Assembly (NCBI GenBank): GCA_037445735.1
Contig: JBBIJY010000014.1
Coordinates: 20,297-84,296, forward strand
Source of the DNA: Armatimonadota bacterium
GTDB taxonomy: Bacteria; Armatimonadota; Fimbriimonadia; Fimbriimonadales; GBS-DC
DNA length: 64,000 nt
Reading direction: 5' to 3'
Numbering within the stretch: the stretch's first letter is position 1; every line of letters starts with the position of its first letter. The notes below the pieces were generated by a model, which did no database searches, was not told the DNA's origin, and saw nothing but the letters and a program-made list of their open reading frames with translations. A program made the position numbers and the translations under genes. Of the stretch, positions 1 to 10,674 are shown piece after piece.

Positions 1-2
1 GG

Positions 3-476
3 CGCACCTGCTGGCGCGAGGGCGTCGGCTGTATGTGCGAGGAGAAGACCATCGTGATGGCGCTCCAGAATGTGCGCCTGAGCGATGACCCCGCCAAAAA
101 CGCCCGATATATCCCGCATAACAAGACGCTGACAAAAGCGGAGCTGCGCGCCCGCTGCGCCGAGTGCGTCATCTATAACGAGCATCAGCGCCAGAAGTAT
201 CAGCTGTTCGCGCCGCTCACGGTCGGCACGATTATCGGCATCGCCTACTTCTTCCGGGCGCCGCTGCAGGAGAAGGTGTTCAACCTGCTGTCGCTGCTGG
301 ATCAGCTGCTGGCGCGTTTCACGCTGATGCCCTCAGAGGCGCAGAAAGGCGTGCTGGAGGCGGCTGCCCGCGCGAATGAGACCGCCGCACTGATTCTCTA
401 CATCTCCCTGACCATCGTGGTGCTGAGCTACGCGCTGCGAATTGTGGAGACGGTGATTTTCAAATGGAAGCTCTGA
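3..476 (+). CDS. Membrane protein with Cys-rich segment, 5' truncated by the window edge
   Basis: Frame is open from base 3 (RTCWREGVGCMCEE...CAECVIY); two hydrophobic helices; stop overlaps the next gene. Confidence 0.65.
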   Translation, partial: RTCWREGVGCMCEEKTIVMALQNVRLSDDPAKNARYIPHNKTLTKAELRARCAECVIYNEHQRQKYQLFAPLTVGTIIGIAYFFRAPLQEKVFNLLSLLDQLLARFTLMPSEAQKGVLEAAARANETAALILYISLTIVVLSYALRIVETVIFKWKL

Positions 477-937
477 CGGAGTGGCTGGAGCAGCTGGAGC
501 GCCTGGCACAGCTGATGAGCCAGCGGGGCCTATCGAGGCTGGAGGTGCGCGTGGACGGGGCGCAGGTGCGCCTGAGCCGTGCCCAATCGACGACCGTGTC
601 CTATCATGAGGAGCCGATGCCACCCCTCTTCCTGGCAGGCTATACGGAACCGACACCCGCCGAACCTGACGAGCCGTCCAGCAGCTGGCAACCGCCAGTG
701 CCCATCGAGGTTCGCTCGCCAATGGTCGGCTACTGCACGCTGATGTCGATAGAGCCGGGTGCGCGCGTGGAGCGGGGTCAGCCCCTCGCCACGGTGGAGG
801 TGCTGGGCATCCCGAACGAAGTGCCCGCGCCCGTCACCGGCACTCTGCTGAGCTGGCAAATCGAAAATGGTGCCCCCGTCGAATACGGGCAGCCGATAGC
901 GCTCATCCAGCCCCTGACCGAAGAGAACCCTGAATAA
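464..937 (+). CDS. AccB/BCCP-like protein lacking the biotin-acceptor lysine
   Basis: AccB layout (N-terminal ..LSRLEVRVDGAQVRLSR, Pro-rich linker, EVRSPMVG...NEVPAPVTG...NGAPVEYGQP), but EVLGI replaces EAMKM. Confidence 0.75.
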   Translation: MEALTEWLEQLERLAQLMSQRGLSRLEVRVDGAQVRLSRAQSTTVSYHEEPMPPLFLAGYTEPTPAEPDEPSSSWQPPVPIEVRSPMVGYCTLMSIEPGARVERGQPLATVEVLGIPNEVPAPVTGTLLSWQIENGAPVEYGQPIALIQPLTEENPE

Positions 938-994
938 ACAACCGCTGGCAGCATGAGCTACCAGCGGTTGGACTGTAGGGAAGTGCGCCAGCTC

Positions 995-1837
<843 letters not shown>

Positions 1838-2095
1838 ACCTCCTCCGATTGTGTTGTGATGCCCCCGAATCGAACAGGCAGCCCCCCATGGGGAGGCTAC
1901 CTTCTCGGGAGCTTGACTCTATTATACCCAACCCGGAGAGCATTCTGCAGCAGCTCCAGCCTGGAGCCGCGACCCTGGCAATCAGCCCGCATGGGAGTTC
2001 ATCAGCAACGTGGGTCGCATCGCAGGTCCCGCGCGCCATGTTCGGCAGAGGAAGGTATACTGTTATTATCAGCGGTTCAGGAGGTTGCGAACGCG

Positions 2096-2680
2096 ATGGA
2101 CACAACGGGATTGATATTCGGGCTGGTGTGCATCGGTGGCGGCGCGCTGCTCCTGCTGATTCTTTTCATGGCGATGTACAACTCGCTGATTGCTAAAAAG
2201 AATCAGGTGGACTACGCCTACAGCGGCATCGATGTTCAGCTCAAAAAGCGTCACGATTTGATTCCCAATCTGGTCGCGACGGTGCGCCAGTATATGGAGC
2301 ATGAGCGCGAGCTGCTGGAGCGCATCACGGCGCTGCGGGCGCGGGCGGTTTCACCCGATTTGCCCGAAGGCGAGCGCATGCAGGTCGAAGCCGCGCTGTC
2401 GGGCGCCCTGCGCAGCCTGATGGTCGCCGTCGAGAACTATCCGAACCTGAAAGCGAACGAGAACTTCCTGCATCTGCAGGCGTCGCTGAACGAGATAGAG
2501 GAGCAGCTCGCCGCTGCCCGCCGTGCCTATAACGCCGCCGTCACCGACTACAATAACGCCATCGAGATGTTCCCGACGAACTTCGTGGCGTCGATAATGG
2601 GGCTGTCGCGACGAGCCGTGTTCGAAGCGGAAGCTGCCGAGCGCGCGACACCCGATGTCGCCCAGCTGTTCCAGCAATGA
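2096..2680 (+). CDS. lemA: LemA family protein
   Basis: N-terminal TM helix, YNSL...IDVQLKKRHDLIPNLV, ENYPNLKANENF, ARRAYN, FPTNFVA; start reset to ATG 2096 after GGAGG. Confidence 0.9.
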   Translation: MDTTGLIFGLVCIGGGALLLLILFMAMYNSLIAKKNQVDYAYSGIDVQLKKRHDLIPNLVATVRQYMEHERELLERITALRARAVSPDLPEGERMQVEAALSGALRSLMVAVENYPNLKANENFLHLQASLNEIEEQLAAARRAYNAAVTDYNNAIEMFPTNFVASIMGLSRRAVFEAEAAERATPDVAQLFQQ

Positions 2681-3678
2681 GCGCACCCGCAGGCGATTGG
2701 GATCAGCACTATCGCGAGCTGGAGCCGATACTGCGCGCGCTGGAGGAGGAGCGCCAGCAGCGCACGGCACGCTTCGGGCAGATCACGCTCTGGAGCGTTC
2801 TCATCGGCGGGCTGCTGAGCCTGGCGCTGGCGGCGTTCGCCAGCCCGGAGCTGGGCATCTTCGCCTTTGCCCCGCTCGGTGTCGCCCTCGTTGTGATCCT
2901 CGCCAGCTACGCCGCCATCACAAGCGACTGGTCGAAACTGTTCAAGTGGCGCGTGATTAGCCAGCTGGTGAAGTTCATCAGCCCCGACCTCGAATACCTG
3001 CCAGAACAATTCATCAGCGAAGCCGAGTTCAATCAAAGCATGCTGTTCCAGCGGGAGCCAGACCGCTATCGGGGCGAAGACCTGATCCAGGGCAAAGTCG
3101 GTCAGACCGCCATCCGCCTGTCGGAGGTGCATGCCGAATATAAGGTGGAACATTACGACTCAAAGGGCAACCGCTACACGACCTGGCACACGCTGTTTCG
3201 CGGGCTGTTCATTATCGCCGATTTCAACAAGCACTTCAACGGCATCACGCTGGTGCTGCCCGATACTGAAGAGGGGCTGCTGGGCTGGCTGGGTCAAACG
3301 CTCCAGAGCTGGAGCGCCAGGCTCGGCATGCAACCGGGCGAGCTGGTCAAACTGGAAGACCCGGAGTTCGAGCGGGCGTTCAAGGTCTATTCCACCGACC
3401 AGATAGAGGCGCGTTATATCCTGACGCCGAGCCTGATGGCGCGCATCCTGCGCTTTCGGGAGTTGACCCGCAGCGAGATACGGCTCGCCTTCATCGCCTC
3501 GCAGCTGTATCTTGCGATCCCGACCACCCATGATTACTTTGAGGCGCCGTCGGTGTTCGCGCCGACAGGCATTTTGCTCAAGCCGGAAACGATTGGCAGG
3601 TACCTGCACGAGCTGCAGTTCGCGCTGGCAGTGGTGGACGAGCTGAACCTGAACACGCGCATCTGGACGAAGCGATAG
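2677..3678 (+). CDS. DUF3137-like membrane protein (common LemA partner)
   Basis: Two TM helices, EDLIQG, TLFRGLF..ADFNKHF, KLEDPEFERAFKVYSTDQIEARYILTPSLM; ATGA overlap with lemA. Confidence 0.75.
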   Translation: MSAPAGDWDQHYRELEPILRALEEERQQRTARFGQITLWSVLIGGLLSLALAAFASPELGIFAFAPLGVALVVILASYAAITSDWSKLFKWRVISQLVKFISPDLEYLPEQFISEAEFNQSMLFQREPDRYRGEDLIQGKVGQTAIRLSEVHAEYKVEHYDSKGNRYTTWHTLFRGLFIIADFNKHFNGITLVLPDTEEGLLGWLGQTLQSWSARLGMQPGELVKLEDPEFERAFKVYSTDQIEARYILTPSLMARILRFRELTRSEIRLAFIASQLYLAIPTTHDYFEAPSVFAPTGILLKPETIGRYLHELQFALAVVDELNLNTRIWTKR

Positions 3679-3684
3679 GCGGGT

Positions 3685-4203
3685 TCAGCCCAGTCGCTCC
3701 AGCAGGGCGCGACTGCGCCCATCCAGCGCGTTCAGGTCACGAATCTCGTAGCGGCTGCCATCCACCGCCACAATCAGGTAGCGCACGGGCGATAGCTCGT
3801 GGATATTATCGCGCCAGTTGCGCACATAGAACAGGCGTCGCCCGCGGTCGGTCTCCACATCCCAGCGCAGTTGCCCGTACTCTTCGTTGAGCGCATAGAC
3901 CTTCTGGATGATGGGAATAAAGTAGCGGCGTTCCAGCTCCTCCTGCAGGATGGCGAGCGATTCGGGCGCCATCCCCTCCAGCGAGCGGAACATGCCAATC
4001 TCTCTGCCCTCGCGTGTGAGGATGCTGATGTAGTGGTCAGGGTCGGAGAAGGGGAAGGCGCGGGCGAACTGCACATCTTCATGCACCTCGCCGTCGGGCA
4101 GGCGCACGCGCACCTGCCGACCGTTCGGCACGCGCTCAATCAGCACGCTGGATGGCTCCAGCCACCGAATCTCCAGCTGGCTCATCTCTTGAGGATACCC
4201 CAT
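3685..4203 (-). CDS. DUF1854-like protein
   Basis: RAFPFSDPDHYISI...EIG, ELERRYFIPII, WDVETDRG, DGSRYEI. Confidence 0.7.
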   Translation of the reverse strand: MGYPQEMSQLEIRWLEPSSVLIERVPNGRQVRVRLPDGEVHEDVQFARAFPFSDPDHYISILTREGREIGMFRSLEGMAPESLAILQEELERRYFIPIIQKVYALNEEYGQLRWDVETDRGRRLFYVRNWRDNIHELSPVRYLIVAVDGSRYEIRDLNALDGRSRALLERLG

Positions 4204-4222
4204 CGTTTGCCACCGGGATTTC

Positions 4223-6076
4223 TCAGTTGCCCGTTTCAAAGAAGGTGCGGAGCCATTCAGCGGCGATCGGTACGGCAACCTCGCTGCCATGCCCCGCTTC
4301 TTCCGCCATCACGCAGACCACCACGCGCGGGTTCTCAGCCGGCGCGAAGGCGATAAACCATGAATGCGTTTTGCCGCCCTTGCGAAACTCGGCGGAACCC
4401 GTTTTGCCTGCCACATGGATGCCCGCGATTCTCGCCCGCCGCGCCGTGCCCCGCTCCACCACGCGCACCATGCTCTCAATAATCGCGTCCCAGTTCTGGG
4501 GCGATGCCGGAATGCGATGGATCACTTCGGGCTTCGCGGTGTAGAGCACGGAGCCGTCGGGCGCGATAATCTGGCGCACCAGATGCGGGCGATAGATGAC
4601 GCCGCGATTGGCAAGCCCCATCGTGGCGACCGCCATCTGCAGGGGTGTGGTGAGCAGATAGCCCTGCCCGATTCCGTAGTTGAGCGTCTCGCCGCCGAAC
4701 CATGGCTGATGGAGTGTGGCGCGTTTCCAGTTGGGATCGGGCACCAGCCCACCGCGCTCGTGCGGCAGGTCGATGCCTGTCGGCTCGCCCAGCCCGAACA
4801 GCCGTGACCAGTGTGCCAGCCGCTCTGGGCCCAGCTTCTGCGCCGTGATGTAATAAAAAGTGTCGCACGATTGCGCGATGGAGTTATAGAAATCCACGAA
4901 GCCGTGTCGTCGCCAGCAGCGGAAGAATCGGCGCCCCAGCGGATAGCCGCCCGGGCAGACGACATGGGAGCGTGTGGTCAGCACGCCTGTCTCCAGCCCT
5001 GCCAGCGCGACAAAGGGCTTGAAAGTGGAGCCAGGCGCATACGCCGCCTGCACCACGCGATTATGGAGCGGGGCGCGCGGGTCGTTGAGCAGCGCCCGCC
5101 AGATGTTCGAGGGGATACGCGGCACAAACAGGTTGGGGTCAAACGCGGGCTGGCTCACACATGCCAGCAGCTCGCCCGTGCGCGGGTCCAGAGCCACCAG
5201 CGCGCCCACATGACCCTGAAGCAGCTCATGGGCTCGCTGCTGAAGTGTCGCGTCAATACTCAACACCAGTCGTGCGCCGGGCACAGGCTCCAGCTGCTGC
5301 AGGGTGCGCACGCGCCGTCCCAGCGGCGTTACCTCCACCTGCTCGCCGCCCGGCAGACCGTGCAGGTAGCGTTCATACTGGCGTTCCAGCCCGCTTTTGC
5401 CCACGAAGTCAGTGCCGTCATAGATGGCTCGGCGTGCGATGGGCGCTGTTTCATCCGTGTCTGCAAACCCATTGCCAGCCGTCGCCTGCTGCTGGTAGCG
5501 AATGAGTTCCTCTTCGGAAATCTGTCCCACATAGCCAATCAGGTGGGCAAACACCTTGCCGTGGGGATACCAGCGCATCGCCTGCAGGGTGACCTCCACT
5601 TCTGGCAGGTTGTACTGGCTCTCCAGCAGGTCAACAGCCTGCTCGTAGTCGACGCCCTTGCGTACAATCAGGGGCACATAGGGGTTGATGCGTGGGTTCA
5701 TAACCAGCGCGCGCAGCTCGTCAGGCGCCATATTCAGGCGGCTGGCGACAAGCGGGATGCGCTGCGGGTTCTTGCGCAACAGGTCGGGCAGCACGCTGAC
5801 CACGATCTGGGCGCGGTTGGTGGCGAGCGTGCGTCCCAGACGGTCGACAATCAGCCCGCGCGGGGGCGCGATTCGTATCAGGCGCGTGCGCACCAGCTCC
5901 GCCCGCGTCGCCAGCTCCTCCCCATGCAGCACCTGCAGATACCAGAGTCGCGCCGTTAGCACCATCACCACCAGCCCGATGAGCATCAGCAGTGCGTACT
6001 CCCGCGGCTGGATGGGGCGCCGGTCTTCGGAACGGATGCCCAGATAGCGTTTCGGTCGCGCCTGCATGGTTCTCAT
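4223..6076 (-). CDS. mrdA: Penicillin-binding protein 2
   Basis: RLWYLQV, PPRGLIVDRLG, PGSTFK (SxxK), SCD, GKTGSAE. Confidence 0.9.
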   Translation of the reverse strand: MRTMQARPKRYLGIRSEDRRPIQPREYALLMLIGLVVMVLTARLWYLQVLHGEELATRAELVRTRLIRIAPPRGLIVDRLGRTLATNRAQIVVSVLPDLLRKNPQRIPLVASRLNMAPDELRALVMNPRINPYVPLIVRKGVDYEQAVDLLESQYNLPEVEVTLQAMRWYPHGKVFAHLIGYVGQISEEELIRYQQQATAGNGFADTDETAPIARRAIYDGTDFVGKSGLERQYERYLHGLPGGEQVEVTPLGRRVRTLQQLEPVPGARLVLSIDATLQQRAHELLQGHVGALVALDPRTGELLACVSQPAFDPNLFVPRIPSNIWRALLNDPRAPLHNRVVQAAYAPGSTFKPFVALAGLETGVLTTRSHVVCPGGYPLGRRFFRCWRRHGFVDFYNSIAQSCDTFYYITAQKLGPERLAHWSRLFGLGEPTGIDLPHERGGLVPDPNWKRATLHQPWFGGETLNYGIGQGYLLTTPLQMAVATMGLANRGVIYRPHLVRQIIAPDGSVLYTAKPEVIHRIPASPQNWDAIIESMVRVVERGTARRARIAGIHVAGKTGSAEFRKGGKTHSWFIAFAPAENPRVVVCVMAEEAGHGSEVAVPIAAEWLRTFFETGN

Positions 6077-6119
6077 CCCTTTCTATCGGGTTCCCCACCT
6101 GTACTGCGTGCCTGGATGG

Positions 6120-8414
6120 CTATCGCAGCCCGTGTTTGCGGCAGTGGCGTTTGGGTTCGGTGCCCCTGATAAAGGTGCGTCGCACCACCTCCGGGCAATA
6201 GTCGGTGGCGAGCAGTCCCGTGTCGGCACAGATCAGCACCGACACCGTTTCAGGCGGTTTGGGCGGTCGTGGTGGCGGTGAGGGTGGGGGTGGTGGGGTG
6301 GCGCGGGGTGCGCCCGTGGGTATCGGCTGCGCGGTCTGGTCAGCAGGGGCGGGTTCAGGCTGGCTTGCAGGCGGCGGCGCAGCTGGCTGGGCAAGTGTCG
6401 CCCCTGTCTCCTGTTCATCTGCACCCCTCACCCCAACCCTCTCCCCAGAGGGGAGAGGAGGTTCAACTGTATCTCTCTCCCCAGCGGGGAGAGTCTCCCC
6501 CGCAGGGAGAGAGGGCGCGGGTGAGGGGGATGGCTCTTTGGGCAACTGGGCATCGATTTTCAGCACCTGCTCCATCAAATCTGCCCAGATACGGGTGCAG
6601 ACGGTGCCGCCGAAGATGCGTTGCATCGGCTTGTATTCCCAGCGGTGCGTGCGCTCATCATAGTGGGCGCTGGCGACCCAGACCACCGCCAGATAGCGGT
6701 CGGTGTAGCCGATGAACCATGCGTCGCGGTAGTCGCTGGTGGTGCCCGTTTTGCCGCGCGCGTTCGGGATACGGCTGGCGGCGCGCCCTGTGCCACGCAC
6801 AACCGCCTCGCGCAGAATCTCATCAATCCAGCGCGCACTCCGCTCCGACAGCACACCCTCGAACACCTCCGCTTTCTGATCCAGCAGCACCACGCCGTCG
6901 CGATCGACCACGCGCCGAATGAGGATCGGCTTGATGCGGTTGCCGTGGGTGGCGAACACGGTGAAGGCTTCCGCCATCTCGATGGGTTTGACAGCCGACG
7001 CGCCCAGCGCGATGGGCAGCACTGGCTCCAGCGGCGATTCGAAGCCGAACCGCTCGCGGGCGAACCGCACAATTGTGTCGGCGCCGACCATCATCCCCGC
7101 GCGAACTGCAGGGAGGTTCACCGAGAACGCCAGCGCGCGCGTGACGGTAATGACGCCGCGGTAGCGCCCATCGGCGTTCTGGGGTCGCCAGGGTCGCCCG
7201 GGCACGCCCGACGGCAGGCTGATGGGCGCGTCCAGAATGCGGCTGGTGGGCGTCAGTTTGCCCAGCTCGAACGCGGTGGCGTACACAATCGGCTTGAATG
7301 CCGAACCGGGCTGGCGCCGCCCCTGCGTGATGGCGTTATATTGCGACTGGCTGAAGTTGCGCCCACCGACCAGTGCACGGATGCCGCCTGTGCGAAGATC
7401 GATCAGCACAATCGCGCCCTGATTGACCCCGCGCGATTCGAATTCGCGGATACCCCGCTCCAGTGCCTGCTCGGCAGCTGCCTGCATCTGGGAATGGAGC
7501 GTGGTGTACACCTTCAGGTTGCCCTGCAGCAGCAGCTCGCGTCCATAGAGGTCTTCCAGCTGGCGCAGCGCGTCCATCACCGCGTAGGGCGCACGGAACT
7601 GCATGCGCGGGCGACGCTTCGTCAGGCGCAGCGGCTCCTTTTTGGCGGCGTCGCGCTGGGCAGGCGTGATGTAGCCCTCCTGCGCCATCAGATCCAGCAC
7701 CAGATTGCGCTGGCGAATCGCCTCGTCGGGATTACCAAACGGCTCATACGCTGACGGGCGTTGCGGCAGAGCCGCTAACAGGGCGCACTCTGCCAGCGTG
7801 AGCTGATCCAGCGGCTTGTTAAAATAGACCCGCGCTGCTGCCCTGACCCCATACGCACCGTTGCCGTAATAGACCTGATTGAGGTACAGCTCCAGGATAC
7901 GCTCTTTGCTCAGGCGACGCTCCAGCTCCTGCGCCAGAATAATCTCCTGCAGCTTGCGGCTGACCGTGCGCCGCTGGGTGAGGAAGGCGTTGCGGGCTAA
8001 CTGCTGAGTCAGCGTGCTACCACCCTGCTGAATCTCGCCCTGCGTGAGGTTGACCCATGCGGCGCGGGCGACCCCACGCCAGTCGACCCCGTGATGGCGC
8101 CAGAACCGCCGATCCTCTTTGGCGATCGTGGCATTGATAAGATGTTTTGGGATCTCACTGAGCGCGGCGGGTTCGCGATACTCTTCGGCAATACGCGCCA
8201 GCAACACGCCATCGGCAGAGTAGATATAGCTCGCCTCGCGCGGCTTGTAGTTTTCGAGCACCTCGACGGAGGGCATCATCTGCGCCACCTGATAGTACAG
8301 CACGCCGACAAAGGTCATGGCACCCAGCATCAGGCTCAAAAAGAGCAGCGCCAGATACGCCAGGAAACGCTTCCAGCGGCGACGCCTGCGACGCGCTCTC
8401 ATCACGCTACTCAC
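6120..8414 (-). CDS. Class A bifunctional penicillin-binding protein (PBP1A family)
   Basis: Transglycosylase EDRRFWRHHGVD, GGSTLTQQL, RKLQE; transpeptidase PGSAFKP, SVN, KTGTT; Pro-rich tail with a Cys/His motif. Confidence 0.9.
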   Translation of the reverse strand: MSSVMRARRRRRRWKRFLAYLALLFLSLMLGAMTFVGVLYYQVAQMMPSVEVLENYKPREASYIYSADGVLLARIAEEYREPAALSEIPKHLINATIAKEDRRFWRHHGVDWRGVARAAWVNLTQGEIQQGGSTLTQQLARNAFLTQRRTVSRKLQEIILAQELERRLSKERILELYLNQVYYGNGAYGVRAAARVYFNKPLDQLTLAECALLAALPQRPSAYEPFGNPDEAIRQRNLVLDLMAQEGYITPAQRDAAKKEPLRLTKRRPRMQFRAPYAVMDALRQLEDLYGRELLLQGNLKVYTTLHSQMQAAAEQALERGIREFESRGVNQGAIVLIDLRTGGIRALVGGRNFSQSQYNAITQGRRQPGSAFKPIVYATAFELGKLTPTSRILDAPISLPSGVPGRPWRPQNADGRYRGVITVTRALAFSVNLPAVRAGMMVGADTIVRFARERFGFESPLEPVLPIALGASAVKPIEMAEAFTVFATHGNRIKPILIRRVVDRDGVVLLDQKAEVFEGVLSERSARWIDEILREAVVRGTGRAASRIPNARGKTGTTSDYRDAWFIGYTDRYLAVVWVASAHYDERTHRWEYKPMQRIFGGTVCTRIWADLMEQVLKIDAQLPKEPSPSPAPSLPAGETLPAGERDTVEPPLPSGERVGVRGADEQETGATLAQPAAPPPASQPEPAPADQTAQPIPTGAPRATPPPPPSPPPRPPKPPETVSVLICADTGLLATDYCPEVVRRTFIRGTEPKRHCRKHGLR
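6424..6529. repeat. REP-like palindromic element (inverted pair) inside the PBP1A coding sequence
   Basis: cccctcaccccaaccctctccccagaggggagagg ... gggagagagggcgcgggtgagggg; same family as 9720, 24189, 41956 and 59161. Confidence 0.8.
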
Positions 8415-9606
8415 CTCTGCGAACCTCCCTCAAGCGCACAATCGCGTCGATGAGCCGGTGTGCCGCGACGCGCTTGGGCAACAGCGGCAACGGCTCGATG
8501 CGCCCGTCCGCGTAGAGCAAAGTGAGCCGATTGGTGTCCACCTCGAAACCGCTCTCTGGCTCCAGCACATCGTTGACGGCGATCAGGTCAAGCCCCTTCT
8601 GAAGCAGCTTCTGATGGGCGTGTTCAAGCGCCTTATCGGTCTCGGCGGCGAAGCCTATTAGCAGCCGATGCCCTTTGCGCGGGGCGACCGTGCCCAGAAT
8701 GTCGGGGTTCGGTACAAGGCGCAGATGCCAGACGCGGTTGTCCCGCCTGCGCTTACGCGGATAGACCCGTTCCGGACGATAGTCAGCGACCGCCGCGACG
8801 CTGATGAATAGATCGCAGCGCTCAAACTGTTCCAGCACCGCCTGCAACATCTGCTCGGCGGTCTGCACGCGGATCAGCTTCACGCCAGCGGGCGGCTGGA
8901 GCGCGGTCGGACCTGAGATCAGCACCACATCGGCGCCGCGCTCGGCAGCCGCTTGCGCCACCGCGTAGCCCATCTTGCCGCTGGAGCGGTTGCCAATAAA
9001 GCGCACGGGATCAATCGGCTCATAAGTTGGACCGGCGGTCACCAGCACGCGAACGCCGTTGAGTTCACCGGTGCGGTGCAGGCGTTGTTCAACCGCCTCG
9101 ATGATGGTCGGCGTGTCGGCGATTTTGCCCCAGCCTTCGTCGCCACACGCCATAATGCCGTAGGTGGGATCGATGAACTCCACACCGCGCGCCTGCAGGG
9201 TCTGCACATGGAGCTGGGTGGCGGGATGCGTCCACATAGCGGGGTTCATCGCGGGCGCAATCAGGATCGGTGCGCGGGTCGCCAGCGCGATGGTGGTCAG
9301 CATATCGTCCGCCAGCCCCAGCGCGAGGCGGGCAATCGTGTGCGCGGTGGCAGGCGCGATCAGCATCAGATTGGCATCCTGCGCCAGACGGATATGCGCG
9401 ATCTGACCGGGCCAGGGTTCATCGAAGGTGTCGACTGTAACAGGGTTGCCGGTGAGCGCGGCGAAGGTGGCAGGAGCAATCAGGCGGGTGGCATGGGGGG
9501 TCATCACCGCATGCACGGTATGTCCGCGATGCATCAGCTCCCGCGCCACATCGCACGCCCGATATGCCGCCACACTGCCACAGACACCCAGCAGAATCTG
9601 CGCCAC
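8407..9606 (-). CDS. coaBC: Bifunctional phosphopantothenoylcysteine decarboxylase/synthetase
   Basis: GVCGSVAAY, APAMN, MACGDEG, TAGPTYEPIDPVRFIGNRSSGKMG, GFAAET. Confidence 0.95.
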   Translation of the reverse strand: MAQILLGVCGSVAAYRACDVARELMHRGHTVHAVMTPHATRLIAPATFAALTGNPVTVDTFDEPWPGQIAHIRLAQDANLMLIAPATAHTIARLALGLADDMLTTIALATRAPILIAPAMNPAMWTHPATQLHVQTLQARGVEFIDPTYGIMACGDEGWGKIADTPTIIEAVEQRLHRTGELNGVRVLVTAGPTYEPIDPVRFIGNRSSGKMGYAVAQAAAERGADVVLISGPTALQPPAGVKLIRVQTAEQMLQAVLEQFERCDLFISVAAVADYRPERVYPRKRRRDNRVWHLRLVPNPDILGTVAPRKGHRLLIGFAAETDKALEHAHQKLLQKGLDLIAVNDVLEPESGFEVDTNRLTLLYADGRIEPLPLLPKRVAAHRLIDAIVRLREVRRGE

Positions 9607-9719
9607 ACAGAGATTGTACCCTCTATCGTCAAACCGAAGGCTTCCGGGATTGGTTTGCGCCCCAACCCCTGAGGCTGTTCGAAAAAAAAATCGCTGGCAT
9701 CATATCTGCCTGTGTGAAG

Positions 9720-9762
9720 CCCCCTCACCCGTACCCTCTCCCCCGCCTGCGGGGGAGAGGGG
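9720..9762. repeat. REP-like palindromic element, intergenic
   Basis: cccctcacccgtaccctctcccccgcctgcgggggagagggg. Confidence 0.8.
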
Positions 9763-9783
9763 TTTAGCTGCTCCCTCTCCCAA

Positions 9784-10477
9784 CCCCTGAGGCTGTTCGA
9801 AAAATCGCTGATGTCTGCCACACCCAAAGCCATACCCAAAAACCACCCCCGCCCACATTCACCAACTTCACCCTGTTCCACAACACCCACATCCCCACAC
9901 CCAACGACGCGCCTGCACCCCCGAACGACACTCCACATAACTCCCATACGCCCCCTTGAGATTCCCAAACACCGGCTCAATCCGATATCGCGCTCGCAAC
10001 GCCCACCCATACCGCCCCAAACGCCCTAACGCCCGCACCCGCGCACCCGCACGCCCCTGCTGACGCCCACTCGGCTCGCCCCGCACCACAGGCGCCCATC
10101 CCACCCGCCCTACCTGCTCCAGCAACCGCGCCCGATACCCGTACAACTTATCCCCTACCAACAACGCCCCCACCCCCACCACACCCGCCCCCTATGCCCG
10201 TAGCCACGCCCCCAACCAACGCCCCTCATCCGCATACGCGCCTCCCAGCGACGCCCCCACGACCCACACCACGCCCCCTTGCCCGTACCCCAAGCGGGGG
10301 GCGTCCGCGTCAGGGTGGCATGGGATGTTCTTGGGTGAACTGCTGGGCGAGGCGGAGCATGTGTTGGACGCTGAGGGTGGCAAGGGTTGCCAGCAGGGTG
10401 CGTGTGTTGGATTGGGTTTTGGCGTGCATAGGGGAGAGGATACCCTACTCAGAGGATTTTTCGAACACCCTCAGGGG
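9784..10477 (-). mobile_element. Degenerate, internally deleted IS5-like insertion sequence
   Basis: 23-bp terminal inverted repeats with 1 mismatch (9784-9806 cccctgaggctgttcgaaaaatc; 10455-10477); fragmented DDE transposase (RGRP, GAYADEG, LVGDKLYG, RYRIEPVFGNLK) spread over several frames; only about 690 bp. Confidence 0.75.
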
Positions 10478-10674
10478 GTATTCTAAATGCGCCAACAGAT
10501 CGATACCACCCCCCACTCCTCCACAGCCTCTACCCCTCCTTGCAAAAAGGGGGCGCACCTCCTGTAGAATCGCTCTACCAAACCGCACTCCAGGAGGCAC
10601 ACCCAGAAGGGATGTTTTGTGCTCCCAGGCTTTGTTCATCGGCAGGTTCTGTTTTAATCGCTGGAGCGATGATT

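Noticed and set aside
9811-10330. Pro/His/Thr-rich plus-strand ORFs
   Set aside because: They are the C-rich reverse complement of the decayed transposase.
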